Below the pieces are notes generated by a model. That model ran no database searches. It saw only the letters and a program-made list of their open reading frames with translations, and was not told the origin of the DNA. The translations under genes and the position numbers were made by a program. Shown one piece after another: positions 53,400-64,000 of a DNA stretch of 64,000 nucleotides (positions are counted from its first letter, which is position 1; every line of letters begins with the position of its first letter). Origin of the DNA: Squalus acanthias (lineage: Eukaryota); NCBI GenBank assembly GCA_030390025.1, contig CM059432.1, forward strand, positions 99,388,001 to 99,452,000. Reading direction: 5' to 3'.

Positions 53400-55420
53400 C
53401 TGACTTGAGCACATAAACTAAGCTGATACTTCAGTGAAGCACCAATGGAGTGCATCACTGCCAGAGGTGCCGTCTGTAAGGGGGCGTGTCTCAGACGGTG
53501 CTGGTGCGAGGTTAGGCCTTCGTTGCCTATACTATTGCTTGCTCTGGTCTCCGGCCAGCCTTTTTGCAATAAGCACCTGTGAGTGGTTCGACCCACTCGC
53601 CCTTACGATTCTAACACTGGATTTAGGTGCAAGGAGCAGTAATGCAGAGAAAAACTCAAATAGACCCGGTTGAATAGTACGAAATGGAAATCTTTATTGC
53701 ATGGCGTCTAAAATCATGAAACACATGTCATAGGTGCAAATCAAAGATAGTACAAGTATACATACATTCATAAAACTTGGTCTATGGAAATGGAGAACAC
53801 ACGGCACATCGTAGAAAGGGGAACACATTATATCTTAACCTTATTAAAACCACCCTCCCTTAATAATACCTACACTACGTCTAGATTTGTAGGATCGGAA
53901 AACATGCTCACCACTCGTGTTACTTCGGAGATTTATAAAGTGGGGCACTAAGCTCGTTTCGCTGCAGCACCTGACTGTCACGTGTTTGGAAGGGTTTCTG
54001 CACCCTACTTGTTTACTTTCGCTGCTGCGAAAAGCAGGCCAGACTCCCTGTTGTCATGAAGAACTCGACAGAACTCGGAACGTTTGTAAAATTCAAAGAA
54101 GAGTCTTCCTGTGTGCGGTACAGGTTGTAGTCTGTAGAACTCAAAGAAGAGTCCTGTATTTATATTTTCGGGCGCGGTCGGGGTTTACTGACCGTGGCGG
54201 CACGTGGAATTTCTTCTCGTCTTCTTCTCGTCTTCTTCTCGTCTCGTCTCCTCGGGCCTCCGGGTCCAGACACCGTTTACCGACACTCGGGATGGTGTAC
54301 CCTGTTACTTGCCCTTCTCGGGGCGGCTCGTATCGATTGAGCTCCACCCAACACTCGAATAACCGACCAGTACGGCTAAGAGTCAAGAGTCAACAAAGTC
54401 CAGAGAAACACAAAGTCCAGCCCTAAGGAAGAGCTTCAGCAAGGGTCCGCAGAGAGATAAGAGAGCGATGGACATTTGTTCTCTATAGTTATAGTGCTGT
54501 GTCCACTTATCTCCCGCTCAAATCTTAATGTTCGTCCTTTGTGTAATATTTGGCGTTCAAAGCTCCCAGCATGGGGCGATTATCTTTAACGGGTTTCGGT
54601 AGCACCTGAAACTGGCCAACTATCTGTTAATGTTTTCCCCATTGTTGCCCCAGCCAGGATGTGTATGAATCGTCTCCCTGACTGGTTTTGGGGGCCCCCG
54701 AATACCGACTTAATCACCCGTCAATGTCTCTCTCATTGTAGAGCCGGGGGGGGTATTTGTGTATTGATGTGTCTGGATGGGCCTTCGATTGCCCAGTACA
54801 ATGATCCTTACTGTGCATAGGAAAACGATTCCAGCACTTTTATCTTTGCTATTGTTCCAAATGCAAACGGGTTGCATCCTGTCTTTATCAGTGTTTACCG
54901 AGTATGATCCAATCTTATACTGAATGTATATTCGACGCCATTTTGTCTGTCCACTGTGTTTCTGGAAGCTTCTGCCATGATGCGCGGCGGCCATTTTACA
55001 GGCTTCTGTGTCCTTTATTATCAGGACAGCATTTCGTTTAATAAAACTGATCAAACGAATCTGCTTCTCTTATGTTATTTTGAATCGCGATAATTGCGAA
55101 ACTTTACACGTCTTTCAGATGTGACGTTAATCTGAGACCCCATCTGCCTGCTCAGGTGGATGCAAAACTTACCATGCGTTATTTCAAAAAGAGCTGGGAG
55201 TTCTCATGGTGTCCTGGCCATCATTTATTCCTCAACTAACCCCTCTAAAACTAGTCATTTATCTCATTGCTATTGGTTGAACCTTGGTGCATGTAAATTT
55301 GAGTGCTATGTTTACCTACATTACAACATCTGCACTTCTACAGTAATTGGCTGTGAAGCACTTTGGGATGTCCTGAGCTGCTATATAAATGCAAGTTTTT
55401 TCTTTCTTTCTTTCTCTCTC
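53400..55420 (+). mobile_element. DeuSINE-like SINE split by a solo LTR
   Basis: The SINE motif gaggtgccgtc/tttcagatg is restored when 53475-55108 is removed. Confidence 0.8.
53475..55108 (-). mobile_element. Solo LTR (1634 bp)
   Basis: TGTAA...TTACA termini; exact 4-bp TSD CGTC; minus-strand AATAAA at 53693-53698. Confidence 0.88.
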
Positions 55421-55849
55421 TTTAACTTCTTACCTCAGTTCACAAAAGCACTCAACCCTCTCCAAACCCTTCCTCCAGTTAACAATGGCACTCCAACTCC
55501 TTAATTATCTTCTTTCTCCCAGTCTCCGATGCAGCTCTTTCCTGATATAACTGCTTCACTCTGAGAGTGGACTCTTGTCATAAGACCAGGAGTTCTGTTT
55601 TGCATTGTGCTCACACTTTAAATATTTTTGAAAAAAATTCAGTTTTGAAGGAAGTAAATCAGCAATGGAGAAGCTACTAATGTTGTCACCATTCCACTTT
55701 TATGGTTTTGCAGTCAGGATCAGCAGTAAGCAGATTACCAGGAAGTGGAACAATATCAATTTAACAGCCAAATCCTTTTGGGGAAGCACATTAGCTGTTG
55801 CAGCATAAGCTAATTTACCACCCAGGGGGGTTAAAAAATGTAGAATTTT

Positions 55850-56678
55850 AAGAACATAAGAAATAGGAGCAGGAATAGGCCACTTGGCCCCTCGAGACTG
55901 CTCCGCCATTCAATAAGATCATGGCTGATCTTGGGCTCAAATCCACTTCCCTGCCCGCTCCCCATAACCCTTCACTCCCTTATCTTGCAAAAATTTGTCT
56001 ATCTCCACCTTAAATGTATTTAATGACCCAGCCTCCACAGCTCTCTGGGGCAGAGAATTCCACAGTTTTACCACCCTCTGAGAGAAGAAATTCCTCCTCA
56101 TCTCAGTTCTAAAAGGGCGACCCTTTATTCTGAAACTGTGCCCCCGAGTTCTAGATTTCCCCACGAGGGGAAAAATCCTCTCTGCATCTACCTTGTCGAG
56201 CCCCCTCAGTATCTTATATGTTTCAATAAGATCACCTTCATTATTCTAAATTCCAATGAGTATAGGCCCAGCCTGCTCAACCTTTTCTCATAAGTCAACC
56301 CACTCATCTCTGGAATTAACCTAGTGAATCGTCTCTGAACTGCCTCCAATGCAAGTATATTCTTCCTTAAATAAGGAGACCAAAACTGTATACAGTACTC
56401 AAGGTGTGGTCTCACCAATACCTTGTACAGTTGTAGCAGGACTTCCCTGCTTTTATACTCCAACCCCCTTGAAATAAAGGCCAACATGCCATTTGCCTTT
56501 TTGATTACTTGCTGTACCTGCATGCTAACTTTTTGTGTTTCATGCACAAGGACCCCCAGGTCCCTCTGAACTGTAGCATTTTGTAATCTCTCTCCAGTTA
56601 AATAATAATTTGCTTTTTTATTTTTCCTGCCAAAGTGGATAACCTCGAACTTTCCCACATTATACTCCATCTGCCAAT
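55850..56678 (-). mobile_element. CR1 LINE 3' fragment
   Basis: YKVLVRPHLEYC, RRNFFSQRVVKLWNSLP; ttcttatg tail. Confidence 0.92.
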
Positions 56679-57099
56679 TACGTGCATTGAGGAAGCATAG
56701 CTATGTTCCTAGTCTGAACCAAATATTTCAATTCAGATAGCTTCTCTGGTTTGCTTTACACTTTTAAAAAACGTAATTATTCCTATTTTGTCGATTGTTT
56801 GGTGTTCAAGGTCATGGATAGCAGTGATAAGAAAATAAATAGTTTTCTACTTTTTGCACCCAATTTCAACAAGTACAATGGGTTAGGATGGGTTAAATGT
56901 AGAGTAATACCCTATCCACTTGGCACCAACAAAGCAGCGTAATGGAAACAAATGTCCCAGAACTGATCTTTGAGCAGGGTTCATTACAGATGTTCAATGA
57001 GAATGACTGCTATCAGTCACTAACTTTCCTAGCGTTTATTCAATATACTAGTTCCCCTATAATCTCAAGGCACCACTTCAGCCACAATCTCTTGTGAGC

Positions 57100-57225
57100 T
57101 GCTTTATAAAATGCCAGAATCACATATATTATCCACCACATTACTATCAACTACTATTTCTGTTACACCTACAAAAGATTTCAATAAGTTTGATATACAT
57201 GATTTCATAAACCTGTGTTGGCCAG
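57100..57225 (-). mobile_element. Small degraded CR1 RT fragment
   Basis: QHRFMKSCISNLLKSF resembles QHGFMKGKSCLTNLLEFF. Confidence 0.6.
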
Positions 57226-57331
57226 GAATTATTGAGCCAAAATTTGCGGTCAGAGGCCTACCTCCGGAGTAGGCCTCTGACCTGGAAAAAAATACAAACC
57301 TACCTGAAGGCTCCCAGGCTTCGGAGTCTTC

Positions 57332-57590
57332 GGGCAGAATTTTCATTGACCCGTGGAGGCGGGTTTGGAGGCGTGTGGGGTGGGAAAATAGCAGATTCGG
57401 GGGTCCCGAACCCATCCCTCCCCAACCCGCCTCCATGCCAGTTTCACAGGAGGCGGGTACCCGACCTGTGCTGGGACCCGCCTCCCCGAAGCGGGAAGGG
57501 GATTAGTGCCAATAAACTGCCTGTTAACAGGTAGTTAACACGCAGTTTTTTGCCTAATCCCTATTTTTAGCCCTGAAGTGTGGGATTCCC
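57332..57590 (-). mobile_element. Partial MITE family D
   Basis: Reverse complement of the 51160-51297 plus 52594-52721 arm; provides the LTR-free empty site. Confidence 0.8.
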
Positions 57591-57823
57591 ATTTGCCTTC
57601 CTAATTGCTTGCTGTACCTGCTTGCTAAATCTCTGTGTTTCCTGTACGAGGACACCTAAATCTCTCTGATCAGCAACATTTAATAGTTTCTCACGTTTAA
57701 AAAAATTTTGTTTTTCTGTTCTTCCTACCAAAATGAATAACCTCACATTTCTCCAAATTATTGTTCATCTGCCACCTTATTGCCCATTCTCTTAACCTGC
57801 CTACATCCCGAAGCAGGCACTTT

Positions 57824-59415
57824 GGCTGCGATTTTCTGTTCGGTGTCGGGATGGGTGCGGGTCAGCTGGTTTCCAGATTCTGGTCCCGCCCCCAGCTGCC
57901 TCCGCTCCACAGACGTGATTTTCCCTTGATCGGCCTTGTTAAGCCCGCCCTGCTTAATGACCAATTAACAGGAAGCGGGTCTGATGATGTCATTTGATGA
58001 TGCGTCATCTGCCAGTTTCCTTAAAGGGACCATGCACAATTTTATTTTGACAGTTGATTTCTCAGTGTTTGACAGCATTGAGGTGCTGAAAACACTGACA
58101 ATCACTGCACAAAGGTGAACTCTTGCACCCAGGCTCTCCAATGACTCCCTCCATATGCTGGAATAGATGGCAGCTGCAGGTGAGATGACAGAAGCGATCT
58201 GTCACTGGTGAGAGAGGTTTTCCCAATGAGGTGGCACTGGACATATAGTTGGATTTAAAAACTTGTAAGCTAAAGAAATCTGTATGGCCCGTATTTACCA
58301 ATGCCTACAGGTGTGTATGAGCTGTGTACACACCAGTAGGGACATCGGAAATGCCGGTTTCAAGCATGCGAAGCGCATGCGCTGAAAACCGGCATTTCCG
58401 ATCTGTCAAGAATCCTGCAGAAAGGCCTCGGCGGGTGGAGAGTTCCGCTTTCTGCAGAACCTCCGCCTGCTGAAAACCCTTAGAAATCTTACGCCTGGTA
58501 AAAGTAGGTGTAAGGCCTGCTTTTACCAGCATAAGAGTTTAAAAAAGTAAAAAAATATTTTTTTTCACTCATTTATAATTTAAAAATACTTTTAAAAAAG
58601 GTAAGTTTATTTTTAGCCCTGTAAAAAACCTTAATTATTTTTTCAAAAAATTAAATTTTTGTTTAAAATATTTAATTTAATGTAATTTTAACTCATTTTA
58701 AAAGCATGATGGTTTTTAATTTTTTAAAAATGTTTTAGTGTCTTTTTTCAGTGAGCCCCATTCATACTTTTGACAGGTCTATCTGTCAAAAGTATGAAGT
58801 GGGATTCCTTTCTTTCATTGGCTCGCCTGGCCCACGTGATCCCAGGAATGCTTGCAAACCGCATGCGCCCCTGGGATATGTGGGCCCTGCGCATTTTGAC
58901 TGTGGAGAGGCCCAGCATCGGAAGTGTCCAGACCTCGGGAGCCCTCAGGTAAGAGCATAGATTTTCTTCCAATAAGAGGTATCCGCACGCAGGAAACCTC
59001 CTATCGGAAATTACGGGCCTATGCAGTAACCAACATTTTCTTTGCTCTGAAACTCACCATGTGTAACATTGCATCTTTCACACCACTTCTGCAGCTGTCA
59101 TCTTTTCACAAACATTAGACCAGACTCACAACACGCCACACTTACCTGGTGTGTTGTCCAGACGTGGTGAAACCCAACCCAGAAGCGGTAAAATCGAAAA
59201 ACAGGCTGAACACTACTGACAAGCACCTGTTAATAGGCAGGTAATTGCCTTTAATCCGTTTCCCACCGCTAGGTATCGGGTCCATTCGCAAATCGGGGAC
59301 CAGACACTTGGGAAGGCTGTTTGGAGGCGGGTTGATGGCGTGTTCGTGACCCGCCGTCAATCAAAAGGACTTTAACCTCTGACCCGCCTCTCTGAGCGCC
59401 GGCAAAATCACAGCA
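57824..59415 (+). mobile_element. Non-autonomous Harbinger containing a family C MITE
   Basis: Ends ggctgcgatttt / aaaatcacagc; TTT on both flanks. Confidence 0.75.
58286..59019 (+). mobile_element. MITE family C
   Basis: TIR ggcccgtattt / aattacgggcc; exact TAT TSD. Confidence 0.9.
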
Positions 59416-61107
59416 TTTGTGTCCTCCTCATAGTTTACTTTCCCACCTAGCTTTGTATCATCAGCAAACTTGGATACATTACACTCGGTCCTTTCATCTA
59501 TGTCATTAATATAGATTGTAAATAGCTGAGGCCCTAGCACTGATCATTGCGGCACCCCACTAGTTAAAGCTTGCCAACCTGAAAATGACCTGTATTTCCC
59601 TATGCTCTGTTTTCTGTCTGTTAACCAATCCTGTAGCCATGCTAATATATTTCCCCCAACCCCATGAGCCATTATCTTAAATAACAACCTTTTATGTGGC
59701 ACCTTATCAAATGCCTTTTGAAAATCCAAATATACTACATCCACTGGTTCCCCTTTATCTACCCTACTAGTTACATCCTCAAAAAACTCTAACAAATTTG
59801 TCAAAAACGATTTCCCTTTCAGAAAACCATGTTGACTCTGCCTTATCATATTATGATTTTCTAAGTGCCCTGTTACCACTTCCTTAATAATGGATTCCAG
59901 CATTTTTCCAGTGACTGATGTCAGGCTAACTGGCCTGTAGTTCCCTATTTTTTCTCTCCCTCCTTTCTTGAATAATGGGGTTAAATTTGCTACCTTCCAA
60001 TGCGCTGGGACTGTTCTCGAATCAAGGGAATTTTGGAAGATCACAACCAATGCATCCACTATCGGTGCAGCCACCTCCTTTAGAACCCTATGATGTAGGC
60101 CATCAGGTCCAATTGATTTGTTGGCTTTTAGTCGAATTAGTTTCTCAAATATTTTTTCTCCACTGATATTCATTAATTTAACTTTGTCACACTCATTAGC
60201 CCCTTGGTTCCCCACTATTTTTGGTATCCTTTTTGCGTTTTCTATTGTGAAGACAGATACAAAATATTTGTTTGAAGTCTACACCATTTCCTTATTCCCC
60301 ATTCTCTTGTCTCAGCTTCTAAGGGACCAATGCTTACTTTTGCTATTCTCTTCATTTTTACCTACTTGTAGAAGCTCTTACAGTTTGTTTTTACATTTCT
60401 TGCTATTTACTCTCATGTTATAGTTTCTCCCTTTTTATCAATTTTTTGGTCAACCTTTGCTGGTTTCTAATGCTCTCCCAATCCTCAGGGTTACTACTGT
60501 TCTTCGCAACATTATAAGCCTCTTCTTTTAATCTAATACTATCCTTAACTTCTTTAGTTAGCCACGGGTGGATCACATTTCCCATGGAGTTTTTAATTCT
60601 CAATGGAATGTATATTTGTTGAGAATTTTGGAATATTTCTTTAAATATTTGCCACTGCTCATCTACCATTATATCTTTTAATCTAATTCCCCAATCTACC
60701 TTAGCCAACTCACCCCTCATATCTATGTAATTAGTTTTATTTAAGATTAAGGGGTAAAAATTGAGTCGCGCCCCATTTGGGGCGCAAATATCGTCCGCGC
60801 GCAAATATTAGCGCCTGGCGCTAATTATCGGCACTGACAGGAAACTTCACTTTTACCGCCCCGGGAGGTGAGTGGAGCGCTAAATTAGGCGCTGCACACC
60901 TCTCTTAAGGCGCAAAGGCCTAGGAGTGAGGCGCTAACTCAGCGCACGAGCGCAGCGCAGCTGCTGCCAGTTAGCGCGGGAACACAGACACACTGACGCC
61001 GGACACTTCTTAAAGCGGGGGGGGCCACTTGCTCCCCAGCCACACCCTGCTCATTGCAGCCTTGAATCTCAGCCTGGAGAGACCTGTAATCCATTTTGCT
61101 GCCAAGA

Positions 61108-63071
61108 ATGGAGAGGGTGAGAGAACGCGCTCATCGCTTCACCGAGCGGGCCTTGGATGCTCTGGTTGACGCAGTGGAGCGCAGACGATGCATGCTGTTC
61201 CCAGAGAGTGGCAGGAGGCCTTTGCCACGCGAGTTCAGAAGAGTGTGGAGGGAGGTGGCTCAGAGCGTCTCCTCCAGGAGCATGGTGCCCAGGACCCATG
61301 TCCAGTGCCGCAAGAAGTTCAACGACCTCACTCGGGTCGTCAGGGTGAGTGGCTTTTTCTCAATACCTCTCCATCCCTCCATCTCAACCTCACTCTATGG
61401 CCAGAGGGTCTTAAAACCCCAATGCACAACACTCATCCAACACCTATGGCCCTTTCATCAAACACACACACACATTCCACACTTTGCATACAGTAAGGGC
61501 TATTCACCTATGGGAGGCACATCAGGCAAGACCATGGCTGCATATTGTAAGGGCTATTCACCTATGGGAGGCACATCAGGCAAGACCATGGCTGCATATT
61601 GTAAGGGCTATTCACCTATGGGAGGCACATCAGGCAAGACCATGGCTGTATATTGACTCAGATGCTGTCCTTTTTCTTGCAGGCTAAGCTGGCTCATAAT
61701 CGGAGACAGCAGCAACGGACGGGTGGAGGGCGGCTTCAGCTGCAACCCCTCAGCGATCTGGAGGAGCGCGTCCACAGGATTGTGGCAAGCCGGGTGATCG
61801 GTCCCGTCGCCACTGGAGACGCCGACCCCGTTGTGGACAGCAATGGTAAGGTCATCACCTTTTTGTCCTCTGTCCTTCCACTTGTCCCTCACAATACCAG
61901 CCTTTGACACTTTCAATCCAACTTGCTAACTCGCTGCACTTATTCCTCCCTTACTGCCACCCTGTCCTCACGCTAAAGCCACTCTTGTACCTCCCTGCTT
62001 TCAGATGGTGATTCACCAGCTGAGGAGATGGTCCCTGAAGCTGCCACTGGGAGTGATGCTGCAGCTGAGGAGGAAGAGGAAGCCGGAGCATCAGTGCCAC
62101 CCTCTCCCGAGGAAGCCCATGGCCACACTGGGAACACGCCTTCCCCGGAGGGGAGCAGGGGGGAAGGGGCTGATGATGGTGAAGTTCCAGGACCCAGCGG
62201 GCTGCAGCAACGCCATGGGGGGGGGAGGGAAGAACGGGGGAGCAGGGGGGAAGGGGCTGATGATGGTGAAGTTCCAGGACCCAGCGGGCTGCAGCAACGC
62301 CATGGGGGGGGGAGGGAAGAACGGGAGCCTTCTCCCCAGAGGGAGAGTATGCCAGACACTCCTAATGCAATGGACGCAGAGGAGGAGCGGATGATTGCAG
62401 AAATGAACAGCCAGGCGGTGGTCATGCACACTGAGCTCATGGGTGCAGTGGGAAGGGTGCCCGAATGCATTGAGGCACTGGCAAGGAGTGTGGAGCACTT
62501 CGCTGTAGCACAGGCGGATGCCACACTAAAGCTTACTGCTGCAATTCAGTCACTGGCTGCCAGGAACCCATCTGAGCCTGCTCTCATGCAGACTCAGATT
62601 GAGGCCACGCGAGCACTGACTGCTGCCATCCTCGATGGTTCGTGCACATGTCCCCGGGGCTGTCACCGCGCCGCAGCAGGCCAGCAATCTGTTCTCAGGC
62701 AAATTGCTCCGGATGCTGAAGTGCTGCCCCGTGGGAGTGCCAGTGTGTCGGGCGAGCAGGGAGTTGCTGTCCTCTCTCACGATGACAGCATTCCTGCTGC
62801 CAACACTGTCACTTCTCCACTGCACTTGCCACCGCCTGTAGGACAGACTGCTGCCGCCCATGCAGAGTTGGTGCAGTCTGCAGCCGGGCCCTCCAGGCCC
62901 AGAAGTGGTCGAGGCCGGCCTTCAGGGGCATCTGCAGTGTCAGGGTCTGACAAGCAGCAGCCTTCCACCAGCCTTGCTGCAGCCACTGAGGTCCCATTAC
63001 GGAGGAGCAGTAGGGTTAGAAGGGGGGAAGTGCGCAAGGGAAGGAGATCACCCTCGAAGGGCAAAAAGTAG
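61108..63071 (+). CDS. Harbinger Myb/SANT-like DNA-binding protein, three exons (61108-61344, 61683-61845, 62005-63071), 488 aa
   Basis: RAHRFTERALDALVDAV...WREVAQSVS...RTHVQCRKKFNDL; canonical GT-AG introns with matching phases (0 and 1); no stop codons after splicing. Confidence 0.88.
61492..61653. repeat. 54-bp tandem repeat x3 in intron 1
   Basis: gtaagggctattcacctatgggaggcacatcaggcaagaccatggctg repeated three times. Confidence 0.92.
62150..62326. repeat. In-frame tandem duplication in the Myb/SANT exon 3
   Basis: GSRGEGADDGEVPGPSGLQQRHGGGREER occurs twice. Confidence 0.92.
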
Positions 63072-63365
63072 GAGGTGTGCCAAAATGCTGGTCATTTTTT
63101 TATTAAAGGCCGAGGTTCATGGCCCAACTTTTGTTTAGTGTTTTGGACATTATCTCCAGGTTGTGAGAACCAGTTATGTTATTGACTGTTTTTTGGTGTT
63201 TATTTCTATGAGTTTGTCATGAGGAATTGACACACACAGAGTTTGTACAATAAATAAGTTTCTGTATTCAAAATATACATGGCTGGTGGTTGGAATTATT
63301 GGTGCCTTGGCCGGCTTAGGGGTTGCGTGCTGGGTTGATTCGTGTTTGTAGCACTGGCAGGGGTC

Positions 63366-64000
63366 CTAGAAGCGGCTTGCTATTAGTCGTTGACGGACGG
63401 CCCTTGCAGTTTGACCATTGTGGGCCGCCCTCCTGCCTTGGTGCTGCTGCTGATCATCGTCCTCGGCCTGTTCCTCCTCTTCCTCCTCCTCCTCTTGTGG
63501 TGCTGCAAGGCCTGGTGGCATTGGCTGCGTCCTGAGGATTGCCATGTTGTGCAACATGCAGCACACCACTACGAATTTGGAAACTTGCTCAGGCGAGTAC
63601 TGCAGGGCTCCTCCGGAATGGTCCAGACAGCGGAATCGTTGTTTGAGCACGCCGATTGTGCGCTCAATAATGTTCCTCGTTGCTTGTTGGCTTTCCTGGT
63701 ACCGCAGCTCAGCAGGGGTGTTTGGCGCACGGAGCGGTGTCATCAGCCAGGTGCTCAATGCGTACCCCTTGTCCCCCAGAAGCCAACCAACTGGCTGATG
63801 CGGTGCCTCGAAAATTTCTGCCACAGTACTCTGGCGCAGGATGAAAGCATCGTGGCAGCTGCCCGGATAGTGGGCATTGACAGCGAGAATCACCTGTCTG
63901 TGGTCACAGACCAACTGCACATTCAAGGAATGGAACCCCTTTCTGTTCCGGAACTCCTCTGCATTCTCTCGCGGAGCACGCAAAGCCACATGCGTGCAGT
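63366..64000 (-). CDS. Harbinger DDE transposase, C-terminal part (5' portion outside the window)
   Basis: (D)[65 protein letters not shown]; all motifs canonical. Confidence 0.93.
   Translation of the reverse strand, partial: CTHVALRAPRENAEEFRNRKGFHSLNVQLVCDHRQVILAVNAHYPGSCHDAFILRQSTVAEIFEAPHQPVGWLLGDKGYALSTWLMTPLRAPNTPAELRYQESQQATRNIIERTIGVLKQRFRCLDHSGGALQYSPEQVSKFVVVCCMLHNMAILRTQPMPPGLAAPQEEEEEEEEQAEDDDQQQHQGRRAAHNGQTARAVRQRLIASRF

Larger units (their letters stand above)
57591..60750 (-). mobile_element. CR1 LINE interrupted by Harbinger elements (57824-59415 and 60751 onward)
   Basis: RT ORFs 59544-60215 and 60418-60750; the sequence is continuous across the 57824-59415 insertion. Confidence 0.9.
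60751..64000. mobile_element. Autonomous-type PIF/Harbinger transposon (runs past the window end)
   Basis: Terminus ggggtaaaaattgag preceded by TAA; two convergent genes with open frames. Confidence 0.92.

Noticed and set aside
51632..54426. Viral accessory ORFs inside the LTRs (168 aa and 169 aa)
   Set aside because: They lie antisense to the inferred LTR orientation, are only patchily similar between the two copies and contain no recognisable domain
61492..61653. CRISPR-like or coding repeat array
   Set aside because: Head-to-tail 54-bp tandem repeat with no spacers, inside a predicted intron of a eukaryotic transposon gene

Overview
Eukaryotic, transposon-saturated, essentially non-genic (intergenic or intronic) vertebrate DNA. 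The repeat repertoire (DeuSINE/SacSINE1-like SINEs, CR1, L2, RTE, Penelope-like elements and abundant PIF/Harbinger elements) suggests a cartilaginous fish such as a shark; this is an inference. No host protein-coding gene could be identified with confidence. The dominant system is a PIF/Harbinger ecosystem. An apparently intact two-gene autonomous element starts at 60751, with a spliced three-exon Myb/SANT gene and a convergent DDE transposase that runs off the window end. Around it are a Harbinger nested inside a same-family Harbinger (41754-46799), a ~1.75 kb non-autonomous family that keeps the SANT exon, and at least four MITE families, with 3-bp NWN target-site duplications where these are readable. 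Other notable items are a Penelope-derived palindrome carrying a minimal hammerhead ribozyme, an RTE LINE with a twin-priming-type 5' inversion, and two related ~1.3-1.6 kb solo LTRs in opposite orientation. One MITE family also carries a promoter-motif plus splice-donor cassette. All coordinates were read by eye and may be off by a few bases.
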